DNA of 64,000 nt from a virus, in IMG/VR virus record IMGVR_UViG_3300025617_000013, positions 1 through 64,000 of that record; one strand, 5' to 3'. The notes below the pieces were generated by a model. That model was given only the letters and a program-made list of their open reading frames with translations. It ran no database searches and was not told the DNA's origin. The translations under genes and the position numbers were made by a program. This document shows positions 31,401 to 39,129 of this stretch, piece by piece; position 1 is the stretch's first letter; each line of letters starts with the position of its first letter.

Positions 31401-32313
31401 AAAGTACGTTCTTCAAAGAGAAGAATCAGGAGGAACAAGCGGTCCTGCCTACTGGGCAGACGTATATGGTACTTTTACTTCAGTTAAGCTAGCTGAAACA
31501 TTTACACCTAATTATGTTGGAGTAGGTAAAAATGACCTAAGACCTTTATCCCCAGGATCCTCAACATATGTAGGCTACGCATATTATTCATCAGATGAGA
31601 ATGACTGGAATTGGAATGCTACTACTATAAGCAGAACATTCACGAATTTAACTGCAGGTACGTATAGATTAGGGGTAAAGTATGAGTTAGACTATAGTTT
31701 AAACCTAAACCTTACACAAGGTAATAACACTACAGGAGCATCAACGTATTCGCCTGCAATTTCTATAGATTTAAGACTGTATGAATTTCACGCAGAAAAC
31801 ACCCCAGTAACCTTCGGAACTTTCTCTCAAAAAGTAAACGTTGGATTAAACGGAGTACAGGTATCCGGTGTTTCCGGATCTGTAGTACTAGGAGAGGTAA
31901 ATGATACCGGAGTAGCTTCAATTTACGGAGATGCATTAATTACCGGTAAACTTACTGCTAATACTACTGCATTCTCGGATGTAAGGTTAAAAGACAATAT
32001 ACAAGATATAGAGAACCCTCTAGAATTAATTGGTGGTCTACAACCTCGTTCATTCAATTGGAACCGTACTGTTAACCCATATGAAACTAGAGGTAACTCG
32101 TACGGATTTATTGCACAAGAAATAACAGGCAGTTTACCTGAATTAGTAGGTGTTGAATTAAGAGAGGTAGGGCATACACGTAACTTACTTACCTTAGATC
32201 AAATGCCAATTATAGCTCTAAATACAGCAGGAATAAAGGCTCTTTTAGAGAAAGTAGAAAGTCTAGAAACGAAAGTGCAACAGTTAGAAACTGAAGCAAG
32301 CGGCTCACAATAA
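22447..32313 (+). CDS. giant long tail fibre (3288 aa) with internal repeats and C-terminal S74 intramolecular chaperone
   Basis: N-terminus shared with 20772 (MAIT.R..KGA.LT.EELD.NF); WKTYM repeats; FSDVRLKDNI...YGFIAQEI S74 domain from 31975. Confidence 0.85.
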   Translation: MAITFRDEKGAPLTHEELDANFRSFFFTASFGDNNLTLQRKDGVTVNVPVGGEAFADFQANGGSIGDVFIANSQMTGSRIIIDLLQGQFYDKTKAMNSDGGGLSSDEWYIDFEPAASAPYYVHFGSNFAISSSGHLYASGAVIEGDITASGGLIGGFSVNRDAISGPLTLGTPSFFISGSAGNDDHFISASNFNIKGSGDITGSAVLFSGGTIAGWDITNSQIRKGSNIVLDATNESIYINNSTFGNEGIQLEYNSGAPRFYVGDGSSSFVKYDGTNVTVATSLLEISASNIEISSTEASMSLGNGNIELLGQDGKIIAGTTNKVTLQGNATDAFLVAGTKTGFATDDAGIIIGMDATVPTLDLTKDASNYVRFDTTSGVDIKTDTFKLDTTYFDIDTSTQRLNIFDTASAEIIRLGEISDDASDLYGLKIYNGSGTGSADTIAMFGQQGNKIGGWEITDSQIRTVPSSGFGGSYGADETGLIIHSDGKLESSNFVTNVKGWRIDTAGNGSAEFENMRIRGTLRTTVFEKESVNVVGGQLMVANATTIEPLRDADGTIIAGSSSYADTAVTFSVANVSGFAEGEIIKAKSVDATGFSVEYFYVSGSSRYSEHGNLSYNTGSIDPDGLAGEIYVERSFGGAPAASSSLTTLSSEIPDDIVTTIDVTSATGITTQNILKIGDERLKVTAINGTTFTVIRGYHDTAPNSHINGSTVFLVNTDNEFLAGLVSSAKPYNEGQVLVSTGVYNPSENISSGYILMNANPRDVSTPYMDIVERTGSGVYDLELRSRLGDLSGLSSGYLYGNNEPGFGLYTENGFFKGAITADTGSIAGILHVATVQGGLETGQKISIGRDVSGTNDGIYVNNNNYWYTDGAWKVGGATNFISLDNFTDGNLVVRTETFTLDTPNMIISSSLNNGTMTLGANADTITETAEAGIYMDGNGKFRVGTGTTGNNYIYWDGSTLNIKGAIDITGGTGVNTDELNAATSSAITTANEFTNQSTASLSGSISDVTDELDDKIFTDSTGRAVKAPTANTEGLYLASTNIGFYKDGEWKTYMDNEGDFFLTGSAGNKLAWDSSTGVLEIAGAINITGGNAATQDYVTGSIDSISGSLASSISSSNSELSSSISSSNATLVSQLNAVESLAEGKTSIFKQATAPATESRINGDMWIDSDDQNRVYIFDIGTETWVTTPDGTYDQTDLINQTSSSLSGSIALDIFTDATGKLVRTPDTSSAGLYLGDTNLGFYDDGEWKTYMANNGNFYLTGSDSNYLFWDGTSLNIAGSINITSGNAATTSSVSDAQIAAQNFAATASANAVTSGSNAADAALTSSIDYANQATASLSGSIATDISASNLNVNQISASQALINDGVTGFLDGKNSVFRQQTEPSSTGRVDGDIWIDTNSDPANKVYVWATDTFVATPDGTYDQSGLISQTSGSIAADIFTDSTGKLVKTPNLSGAGLFLGDSNLGFYGDGKWKTYMANNGNFFLTGSDGGFLKWQNGALEIKGSINIVGGNAATQDFVNSATGSISSSLSSSISDSFIANSSSAANAQQTAVIASGEAALAEQTALTASALATTATERTVDADGKITFNPTPSGTGLFMSADNLGYYDTNTWKTYMSASGDFYLAGDGNNGLSWDGSDLSIDGTIVARDGSIGGITLESNKLYNGTGTHGNSNTGFYIDSSSKFSLGDKLVWDGTTLTVSGNITVTNSNDFASQAELDAATGSLQNSIDGINSSTSSLVNPSSYAFGGGGFSLGNVPSPSAGLHLGADKLGYHNGTSWLTYMDNSGHFLLSGSGDDSLSWNGATLRIGSPGVGPSLAYQFVGSLDTNVFDISSNLTVTSVTSPVVGVKLRTPSDGWNNGLHSKALFDRQDGGIFEWDIVVGPLNARMMFGLYKENPSSFSYSQLPHAIYIDTSGNISIYENGGSPSGILASNDYTADNDYSENQQYRLRIQPLPTGARYEIFKDGDFTTPHSTYDSSANGVTERYLRPGISVYESDPNAGVIVQAIAGGSSLGIATKISGNTIQTGVLESSNLSTTLGSQFNLNDGTFKLGGTSSPKLNWNGSTLSVVGNITVTNPDSFATPAEKNKEDFKIILLATGSIGSTNTDSVAYLASQGYTGGNGSTHFYDNNNDSDGNTNPANISGYDTQDYDLYIFDCRNWAINGTEIKLALDLFDNGKSVLIAGNDNTVANYTGSYNTEWPIKATVARSGTGWMVGPSASGKGLPASHPILAGISGNVATTTSGDGGTIITQLKAFPKGGTVVQPFSITDETTSVTNTNDVFTTSGTGQGITSFIATNPRGGRMVNLNLFALNTTGGYRSLSEQAAKNLTSFLLRTDPAIEAHYMQVTSITGEMVTTGKINSSNLNEGSGTYTTAGTLFDLDNGAIKSKSFAIDSSGNAFFKGNLSGASGTFSGTLSATAGTIGGWTLGSNTLSSTGIADTSGYTTGGITLNANGNGSIHSKNFYIDTSGDAFFRGSLSGADITGATGTFAGQIEVGGQNLDSVITQTSTNQNSLFPNPDFGEIDPIYTYRPFGVFATYGSNVRENISYSGSNAESGILELQSDSDTSIGMAFSAFTVIPGQTYKFYIRIAHEVNTSSNGMYIRVYESTSTLSSTEFFVSQNGASTTWETGGKAGTARPLENRTIDGVASFSAFEDIAFHTDYKIYQFTYTATSTAKAASVNILNWTGGGTNGLYVSRMSVIPVSQDVYTGIIGGWTMDSTGIFAGPKDSNGYADAGGITLSAGGSIHAKQFYIDTTGDAFFKGTLAIGTGNNIFKATPGTGIQVGHATFASAPFRVTEAGSVSATLGNIGNWIISSGELRDSTGRIELDPTDRAIRINDSGGTNRVEISSENLSAVSPTRALDAGYATFETSMYTRRDSSSVAATVAFDQSSTTTVNQKLFQLAQYTSWGPGYSGRDISAYKYTSGYTHSGGDLPVILPIASNPSTGRLTVQVPDLSDTGYPTNTWYDKFSAAFLQPNQMNLKYVLQREESGGTSGPAYWADVYGTFTSVKLAETFTPNYVGVGKNDLRPLSPGSSTYVGYAYYSSDENDWNWNATTISRTFTNLTAGTYRLGVKYELDYSLNLNLTQGNNTTGASTYSPAISIDLRLYEFHAENTPVTFGTFSQKVNVGLNGVQVSGVSGSVVLGEVNDTGVASIYGDALITGKLTANTTAFSDVRLKDNIQDIENPLELIGGLQPRSFNWNRTVNPYETRGNSYGFIAQEITGSLPELVGVELREVGHTRNLLTLDQMPIIALNTAGIKALLEKVESLETKVQQLETEASGSQ
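25495..27880 (+). repeat. five roughly 75-80 aa protein repeats (IFTD.TG...GLYL...NLGFY..G.WKTYM.N.G.F.L.GS....L.W) in the long fibre
   Basis: Copies at about 25495, 26090, 26765, 27190, 27720; last two more degenerate. Confidence 0.8.
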
Positions 32314-32321
32314 TAGAGAAT

Positions 32322-33347
32322 ATGAAAATCTTACAAACATTAGCGACAGAATATTTAGAAGATACTCCCTATAGAGAGTATACTCAAAAACTACTCTACC
32401 ATTTAGTAAGTGCATTAAGTATACGTCAAGCTTACGGTAAAGACCAAGAGTTTATATTGATAACTGATACTCAAGGAAAAAGTATAATTGAAGATTTAGG
32501 TATATTTCCCTATACTACTATTACTACAGATCTAGATAATTGGCCTTATGCTAGACCATTTAGAAAGGTTGGATACAAGTTATACGGATTTGAACTTTAC
32601 CCTGATGATGATATAATACATTTTGATAATGATGTTTTCATAAAAAATACTTTACCAGAATTTACTGATGTACTAGTACAAGGACATGAAGGTAATTTCC
32701 TTGAAATGCTTTGGGACGATTCAGACTATGTCTACGAAGGATGGGTATACCCACCTGCTGCAATGTCAGGCAGTGAGCATAAATTAACCAACAACTATAA
32801 CCCTGGAGTATTAGGATTTAAAGCTAATAGTAGTATTAGAGAGCAGTTTGTTAACGACTACAACCAATATCTAAACACAAACACACTTAACCTCTTACAA
32901 TTAAAAGAAGACAATCCCGCTCAATTTAACTCAATTTCAGGAGAAGAACACCAGTGGATAAATACAGCTTTAGAAGAATCATACCTATACCATTTATGTC
33001 AGGATAATGGTGTTAATGTTGTAGAAGCCCTAAACCCAGAAGTAGTTCCAACACCTTTAAAGTACGTCCGTGAAGAACGTAAACAAGGAGAGTTTATAGT
33101 TAGGCTTACAGAAAGACACTATGACTACTGGCAAGAGTTAGGGTATATACATCCATTTAATCGTAAAAGAAAACAAAAATCATTTATGGTGGATTTATTA
33201 GGAAATATAGAGACAGACCCAGTTGCTACTTTTATTCCTAATATGACCGAAGAAATAACTACCTTCTTAAAAAAGAGATACGGTACGTCTGAAAATCCTT
33301 CTAATGAAGAAATCGCAATGTGCCTTAAGAAAATCTGCTTACAGTAA
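32322..33347 (+). CDS. DUF6734-like / GT-A glycosyltransferase-like protein
   Basis: SALSIRQAY...LITD..G...LGIFPY; IIHFDNDVF (DxD); N.GVLG. Confidence 0.55.
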   Translation: MKILQTLATEYLEDTPYREYTQKLLYHLVSALSIRQAYGKDQEFILITDTQGKSIIEDLGIFPYTTITTDLDNWPYARPFRKVGYKLYGFELYPDDDIIHFDNDVFIKNTLPEFTDVLVQGHEGNFLEMLWDDSDYVYEGWVYPPAAMSGSEHKLTNNYNPGVLGFKANSSIREQFVNDYNQYLNTNTLNLLQLKEDNPAQFNSISGEEHQWINTALEESYLYHLCQDNGVNVVEALNPEVVPTPLKYVREERKQGEFIVRLTERHYDYWQELGYIHPFNRKRKQKSFMVDLLGNIETDPVATFIPNMTEEITTFLKKRYGTSENPSNEEIAMCLKKICLQ

Positions 33348-33354
33348 GTAGTAG

Positions 33355-33385
33355 TTGCTTTTCTGGAATTAATTTCTTAAATTTA
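33355..33385 (+). promoter_or_regulatory. early promoter TTG-N20-TAAATTTA
   Basis: TTG 33355-33357, TAAATTTA 33378-33385. Confidence 0.65.
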
Positions 33386-33391
33386 TTAACT

Positions 33392-33871
33392 ATGGTAACA
33401 GTACCCGGATGGACATATAAAGGACATCTCATAACAGATATTGCCGACATGCCAGAAGGTACGTACGGCTTTATATACGAGACATTTCATAAACCTACAG
33501 GTCAAAAGTACTTAGGTAAAAAAGTACTATACTTTGAACGTAATAAAAGATTAGGTAAAAGAGCCTTAGAAGCTTTGAGAGAAGAAAGAAAAGCTAAAGG
33601 TATAGGAGGTAGAGTTCCTCTTAAACAAAAAGTAATAACAGAATCAGACTGGAAAGATTACTACGGATCTCATAAAGATATACTTAAATTAGTAAAAGAA
33701 GATGGACCTACAAATTTTCAGAGAAAAATTCTTTGCTACGTTCCTAATAAGAAGCTACTAACATATTATGAATGTAAATACCTATTTATAAATGAAGTAC
33801 TAGAAAACCGTGATAACTATATTAACGATAATATTCTAGGAAAATTTTATAGAAAAGACTTCGACTTATGA
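33392..33871 (+). CDS. GIY-YIG-like nuclease family protein
   Basis: YGFIY...KYLGKK...ESDWKDYYGS. Confidence 0.7.
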   Translation: MVTVPGWTYKGHLITDIADMPEGTYGFIYETFHKPTGQKYLGKKVLYFERNKRLGKRALEALREERKAKGIGGRVPLKQKVITESDWKDYYGSHKDILKLVKEDGPTNFQRKILCYVPNKKLLTYYECKYLFINEVLENRDNYINDNILGKFYRKDFDL

Positions 33872-34656
33872 TACAAATAAAAGAAATTATCGGATATCCG
33901 TCATTAGAATACCATTTAGATAATAATCTAACCTTATCTGAACATGTCTATCGTTATAGCTCGAAAGCGTTTATACAACTATTTAAAGAAGCAAGAGAGG
34001 CTTGGAGAGACGGTAAAATCGAATTGAATGAACAAGATACTCTTTTACTAGAGACTACCGATATAGGAGAATACGCAGAGTATAATGGAATGAGAGTTCC
34101 TTTAGACTTACCAATGGTATCTCCAAACTACAATCCAATGTTTGAAATTGGTAACTTAATCGATGAAATGATCGAAAATGAAGATACTATCGACGAAGCT
34201 ACTACAATAGAGGAGATGATTGATTTTGATATGATTAAAGAACTAGTAGAATCTATCGGCGGTCAAATTGATATGGATAAGTTTAGAAAAGCAGTATCAC
34301 TACAAAACGAAACTTTTGATTACAACGGCTTTGAAATGCTTAAAGCAGCTGTTAATTACATACCTGAAGCAGAGTATAAAGGTAAAAAAGTGCAACTTAA
34401 TAAACCAAAACGTGGTGGTTCTAAAAAATTCTACGTTTATGTTAAGAATCCAAAAACAGGGAACGTAAAGAAAGTATCTTTCGGTGATACCGGACTTTCA
34501 GTTAAATTTAAACAAAAAGGAGCTAGAGCCTCATTTGCTGCACGTCACAAATGTGCACAGAAAAAAGATAAGACTAAAGCAGGATACTGGTCATGTAACA
34601 TTGGACGTTATTGGAAGAGTCTTGGCGGTAGTTCTAACTTCTCTGGATACTGGTAG
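33868..34656 (+). CDS. acidic protein with basic C-terminal module (KKFYVYVKNPK...FG...SFAARHKC...YWSC)
   Basis: ORF track; TATTTATA at 33783. Confidence 0.75.
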   Translation: MIQIKEIIGYPSLEYHLDNNLTLSEHVYRYSSKAFIQLFKEAREAWRDGKIELNEQDTLLLETTDIGEYAEYNGMRVPLDLPMVSPNYNPMFEIGNLIDEMIENEDTIDEATTIEEMIDFDMIKELVESIGGQIDMDKFRKAVSLQNETFDYNGFEMLKAAVNYIPEAEYKGKKVQLNKPKRGGSKKFYVYVKNPKTGNVKKVSFGDTGLSVKFKQKGARASFAARHKCAQKKDKTKAGYWSCNIGRYWKSLGGSSNFSGYW

Positions 34657-34659
34657 AAA

Positions 34660-34797
34660 ATGGAATTAACTTGGCTACAGTTTAAAAATAAAGATAATAT
34701 TCGTATCTTAACAGAAAGTGAGCAGATGCGTCAATATAGATTTTATCTTGAAGCTCTGTCAAATGAACTAAGAAGACAAAACATTAAAATAGGTTAA
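34660..34797 (+). CDS. 45-aa protein MELTWLQFKNKDNIRILTESEQMRQYRFYLEALSNELRRQNIKIG, paralogue of 62037..62264
   Basis: Translated by hand; fills the gap exactly; clear similarity to the 62037 N-terminus. Confidence 0.8.
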   Translation: MELTWLQFKNKDNIRILTESEQMRQYRFYLEALSNELRRQNIKIG

Positions 34798-34798
34798 T

Positions 34799-35383
34799 AT
34801 GGGAGTATTATATTTTAATACAGCAGGGAGACCTCATAGCCTCAGTACACTAAAAACTTTTTCCGCTGCCGCATCTGCTTATTTCTTAGGCAATGGAACT
34901 GGGGAAGCAAACATCAGCTTGAGAGACATATCAATCCAAGGGTTCATGCCCAGCGTCACTACAAATGTAGGCATGGAGAGTACCTTTGCTAGAGGCACCA
35001 CAACCGTACCAGGTGCCGGTTATAGGCACTTATTAGTAGATGCATCCAATTGTCAAGTAAATATAGCTTACCCAAGCAATATGTATAGCACTCTATATAA
35101 TAGTTCTACCGATACCGCCTTATCATATTCTAGAACTTATATAACTACCTCTGAGACAACCAACGGATACGCACTTTACTGTAGAGCTGTAAGTTATACC
35201 GACTACCAATATATTCAAATTTCAGCTAATAATTTTAATTATGGATACTCTACAGGTACTTGGGTATGGTATAATTCCTCAGGTAACTTTGTTACTACAG
35301 CAGGTTTCGGATCAACCTTAACTCTATATGTTAATTCATACACAGGCACTGAGTACTACAGACTAAGACATGTAGCATCTTAA
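34799..35383 (+). CDS. Ser/Thr/Tyr-rich beta protein, possible adhesin/decoration
   Basis: ORF track; composition like fibre tips. Confidence 0.6.
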   Translation: MGVLYFNTAGRPHSLSTLKTFSAAASAYFLGNGTGEANISLRDISIQGFMPSVTTNVGMESTFARGTTTVPGAGYRHLLVDASNCQVNIAYPSNMYSTLYNSSTDTALSYSRTYITTSETTNGYALYCRAVSYTDYQYIQISANNFNYGYSTGTWVWYNSSGNFVTTAGFGSTLTLYVNSYTGTEYYRLRHVAS

Positions 35384-35386
35384 AAT

Positions 35387-35650
35387 ATGAACAAACCATA
35401 TACAGAATTCACATTACAAGATTATGTTATTAGAGAATTTTCCTCTAATACAACCGCTTTTGAGTTTGTTTGGCATAGAGATAAAGAAGATAGAATCGTA
35501 CAAGCAATGCATAACACAGATTGGAAGTTTCAATTAGACAATAAAACACCAAAGGTATTATCAGAAAACAAACTATTTATACCAAAGGAAACCTATCACC
35601 GTTTAATTAAAGGTACAGGTAATCTAAAAGTTAAAATATACAAATTATGA
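35387..35650 (+). CDS. small cupin-like protein
   Basis: WHRDKEDR...FIPKETYHRLIKG. Confidence 0.65.
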   Translation: MNKPYTEFTLQDYVIREFSSNTTAFEFVWHRDKEDRIVQAMHNTDWKFQLDNKTPKVLSENKLFIPKETYHRLIKGTGNLKVKIYKL

Positions 35651-35952
35651 AGTTAAGTCAAATCATATTAGAATCTAAACCTGATTTTAAAGTTAAAGGT
35701 ATTAACCTTGGGTATACCGACCGTGGTCGTTTCTATAGTGCTAAACTTTACCCTATAGCACAAACTGTTAACTTACCTTTAGGAACAAGAAGACATAAAC
35801 TTCCTTATCAAGAAGCTGAAAAATATATCAAGGATTTAACAGGAATGGATCTACCAGATAGATACTTACCTGATGTATTAGACGGTATTGTGTCTGCATT
35901 AAAGAAGAAAGGTATTTATGCTGATCATGATGATGCAATGGATGTAAGTTAA
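35647..35952 (+). CDS. hypothetical protein with CTS-like leader MKLSQIILE
   Basis: ORF track; TATTTATA at 35574. Confidence 0.7.
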   Translation: MKLSQIILESKPDFKVKGINLGYTDRGRFYSAKLYPIAQTVNLPLGTRRHKLPYQEAEKYIKDLTGMDLPDRYLPDVLDGIVSALKKKGIYADHDDAMDVS

Positions 35953-35957
35953 AATGT

Positions 35958-36386
35958 ATGAGACTGTCACATGTCATATTAGGAGAGATACTTTACTACG
36001 ATCCTGGTTTTGAAAGGGAAGTAGATAAAATAAAAGACCAAGGAGGTAAATACTTAGGCTCTGGAGACTATGGATCAGCCTACCTACTCAATGGTAGAGT
36101 CTATAAAGTTACTACAGACGAAATCGAATTAGAACACGCACAAATTCTTAAAGGTAAAAAGACAAATAACTTTGCTGCAATATATGATGTAGAGGTTATT
36201 AATCCTAAATTAGGAATTATACAAATGGAGGTTTTAGGAGAATACAAAGGAGAAATACCAGAAGAATGGGTTGAAGCTGTTAATAGAGAAGCAGAACAAC
36301 ACGGTATAGATCCTGACGAACTAGACATTAGACCTTCTAACATTATGGTGAATCAAAAAAATCACCTTAAATTAGTTGACATTTAG
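35958..36386 (+). CDS. minimal protein-kinase-like protein with CTS-like leader
   Basis: LGSGDYGSAY Gly loop, VYK, E helix, DIRPSNIM catalytic loop, LVDI. Confidence 0.75.
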   Translation: MRLSHVILGEILYYDPGFEREVDKIKDQGGKYLGSGDYGSAYLLNGRVYKVTTDEIELEHAQILKGKKTNNFAAIYDVEVINPKLGIIQMEVLGEYKGEIPEEWVEAVNREAEQHGIDPDELDIRPSNIMVNQKNHLKLVDI

Positions 36387-36406
36387 GAATATTTTTCTTA
36401 TATTAA
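36376..36406 (+). promoter_or_regulatory. early promoter TTG-N20-TATATTAA (primase/exonuclease)
   Basis: TTG 36376-36378, TATATTAA 36399-36406. Confidence 0.7.
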
Positions 36407-36432
36407 ACTAATAACTAGTTACAGAACATAGT

Positions 36433-37356
36433 ATGGATTATACATTCCTACTCGGCTCTATTGAGAATATATTAGGGAAGTCTCATAAAAGAGCTAGAGC
36501 AAACCACGCCTTTCATTGCCCTTTCTGCAATCACAGAAAGCCAAAGTTAGAGATCAACATGGAGACTAATGAAAAAGGTCATAATCCATGGGAATGCTGG
36601 GTTTGCCAGACTAGAGGACGAACAATCAGATCTTTACTAAAGCAGTTAAAAACTCCTAGAGAACAAGCAGCCGAAGTCCTCAAATACCTTCCTAAAGGTT
36701 CGCAAATAGAGTATAAACAGCTATCTATAGTAGAACTACCAAAGGAATACCAAGAATTATATTCTGCTTCACCAACATCAGTTATAGCTAATATAGTAAA
36801 ACAATACCTATATGAACGAGGACTTACCGACAATGATTTTATTAAATACAGTGTTGGATACTGCACAACTGGAGAATATGGAGGAAGAGTCATTATCCCA
36901 AGTTATACTTCATCCGGTACGCTCAACTTTTTTATTGCAAGAACTTTTGACGGAAGCTATTATAAGTACAAGAATCCAGAAGCTTCCAAAGACATAATAT
37001 TTTTTGAGAATCTAATTAACTGGAATGCACCTATTATACTATGTGAAGGAGTATTTGACGCTATAGCAATACGTCGAAATGCTATACCGATTTTAGGTAA
37101 AAGCATATCTAACGAACTTTATAAAAAGATTATAACAAGCAAAGTAAGAGATATCTACATTGCTTTAGATAATGATGCTAAAGATAGAGCATTACAAATA
37201 GCAGAACAATTTTTAAATAACGGTAAAAGAGTTTTTATAGTTGAGATGGAGGATAAAGATCCTTCCGAAATGGGTTTTCGAACTTTTACCAAATATATAC
37301 AATCAGCAGAAGAATTAGATTTATCTCGTCTAATGATGCATAAACTAGATCTATGA
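36433..37356 (+). CDS. DNA primase (zinc finger + TOPRIM)
   Basis: CPFC...CWVC; RVIIP; KYKNP; EGVFDA; DND; DPSE. Confidence 0.9.
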   Translation: MDYTFLLGSIENILGKSHKRARANHAFHCPFCNHRKPKLEINMETNEKGHNPWECWVCQTRGRTIRSLLKQLKTPREQAAEVLKYLPKGSQIEYKQLSIVELPKEYQELYSASPTSVIANIVKQYLYERGLTDNDFIKYSVGYCTTGEYGGRVIIPSYTSSGTLNFFIARTFDGSYYKYKNPEASKDIIFFENLINWNAPIILCEGVFDAIAIRRNAIPILGKSISNELYKKIITSKVRDIYIALDNDAKDRALQIAEQFLNNGKRVFIVEMEDKDPSEMGFRTFTKYIQSAEELDLSRLMMHKLDL

Positions 37357-38135
37357 TCAAACAAGGAATGAATATTCTCGAACAAAACGAGAAGAAAAGA
37401 TTAGACTTTCAACCACAGTTGAAACAAATTAATTTTTTAGACAGAAGAGTTTACAAAAGATCGGAAGGAGTATACTATCCCTCTGTAACTACCATACTCC
37501 AATATATGCCCAAGAATAAGTTTTTTGAGTCTTGGCTCAAAGACGTTGGGCATAATGCCGATCTTATTATGAGAAGAGCAGGTAAACAAGGTACTCAAGT
37601 ACATGAAGCTTGTGAAAAACTAATCTTAGGAGAAGAGGTTTCTTGGATGGACGATTATGGTAATGCTAAATATTCCCAAATAGTATGGGAAATGATTTTA
37701 AAGTTCCATGATTTCTGGACCACACATAAACCAGAACTTATTTCTGCCGAAGAATTTGTATGGTCAGATGAACATAAGTATGCAGGTACAGCTGATATTG
37801 TATGTAAAATGAACGGTGAGATTTGGTTATTAGATATTAAGACCTCCAACTCTATCCATAAATCTTATGATTTACAGTTAGCTTCTTATGCTAAGGCATT
37901 AGGAGAATCTAAAGGAGTTAATATTGAAAGAACTGGTATTATCTGGTTGAAAGCTCAATCTAGAGGTCCATCTAAACAGAAGAACGTTATTCAAGGTAAA
38001 GGATGGAAACTATTACAGATAGATGAAATCGATAAAAACTTTGAACTGTTTCAAATGATTTATAAGCTATACAGTTTAGAGAACCCTAATACAGAACCTA
38101 TTTATAATAGTTATCCAACTACTCTAAAACTATAA
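37353..38135 (+). CDS. PD-(D/E)XK exonuclease (Cas4/lambda-exo-like)
   Basis: YPSVTTIL, GT.VH, AGTAD, DIKTS, QLASY. Confidence 0.85.
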   Translation: MIKQGMNILEQNEKKRLDFQPQLKQINFLDRRVYKRSEGVYYPSVTTILQYMPKNKFFESWLKDVGHNADLIMRRAGKQGTQVHEACEKLILGEEVSWMDDYGNAKYSQIVWEMILKFHDFWTTHKPELISAEEFVWSDEHKYAGTADIVCKMNGEIWLLDIKTSNSIHKSYDLQLASYAKALGESKGVNIERTGIIWLKAQSRGPSKQKNVIQGKGWKLLQIDEIDKNFELFQMIYKLYSLENPNTEPIYNSYPTTLKL

Positions 38136-38187
38136 GAGCAAAGGTTAAGATTATAGAGTATAGGGAAAATTAAAATTATAAACAGAT

Positions 38188-39129
38188 ATGATAAAACTAT
38201 CAGACATAATCTTAGAACAAAACAGTAGGCCAAAAGCTGTAATTATGGCAGGAGGAGCAGGTTCAGGTAAGACCTACCTACTCAACCAGTTAGGACTAGA
38301 CAGTCTACTCAATCTCAACCCAGACAAGTACATAGAGGATCCCAACCATCCTTACTATAATAAACTAGGTCCAGCAGCCAGCCAAGTAGCCAAAGACGCA
38401 GCAGCAGCAGCAGAAGAAGGTACTAGCTTTGTATGGGATACCACTGCATCTGGTGCTAGATTTGAAAAGCAGCTAGATGACCTGCTTGCAAAAGGATACG
38501 ATGTATATATGGTAATGGTGTATGCACACCCAATGATATCTTATGTTTCTAATTTTATGGCTAGAGACAGAAATATACCTGCAGATGCTGTATTCTCTAC
38601 TTGGAGAAATATCTACCAGAAAATAGAAGATTATAATAGAAAACTTAAAGGTAACTTATCTATTTTTGTTTCTGATAGAGGAGGTAAATATAAGAAAGAA
38701 ATAGAAGGATTCGATACTGCAGCCAAAAGTGGTTTAAGTGGAGTAAAAGACTACTTAGAAAAATTTAACGAAAAAAACAGTATTGGAGGTTCGTCTTTCT
38801 TTAAACCAGTAGAAATGTCTACTGAAGAAGAAGAGGAGTTTAAAAAAGAAGTAGGAAGTATAGACTGGAATAAAGATAATAGATCTGAAGATAAAGCTAT
38901 AAAAACAGCATTCTTAAAAGCTTACCGAAAAAATGGTGTAGGACCTGGTCAAGATAAACTTAGAGATGCAGTTAAAAAGTATAGAGTAAGTAGTGAAAAA
39001 AGAAAGCAATCTGCTGATGAAGTATTAGATAATATTATCGATATGATATATAATCCTACTTTTCAAGAAAAACTTAAACACTCTACCCCTAAGGAAATAG
39101 ATCAAAAAGTACAAACATTCTTAGCATGA
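38188..39129 (+). CDS. P-loop kinase (zeta-toxin/AAA_33-like) with CTS-like leader MIKLSDIILE
   Basis: MAGGAGSGKT Walker A, NPD, FVWDTT, R.R. Confidence 0.75.
   Translation: MIKLSDIILEQNSRPKAVIMAGGAGSGKTYLLNQLGLDSLLNLNPDKYIEDPNHPYYNKLGPAASQVAKDAAAAAEEGTSFVWDTTASGARFEKQLDDLLAKGYDVYMVMVYAHPMISYVSNFMARDRNIPADAVFSTWRNIYQKIEDYNRKLKGNLSIFVSDRGGKYKKEIEGFDTAAKSGLSGVKDYLEKFNEKNSIGGSSFFKPVEMSTEEEEEFKKEVGSIDWNKDNRSEDKAIKTAFLKAYRKNGVGPGQDKLRDAVKKYRVSSEKRKQSADEVLDNIIDMIYNPTFQEKLKHSTPKEIDQKVQTFLA

Noticed and set aside
37353-38135. Cas4-like nuclease as part of a CRISPR-Cas locus
   Set aside because: No array or other cas genes; it is a common stand-alone phage exonuclease next to primase.
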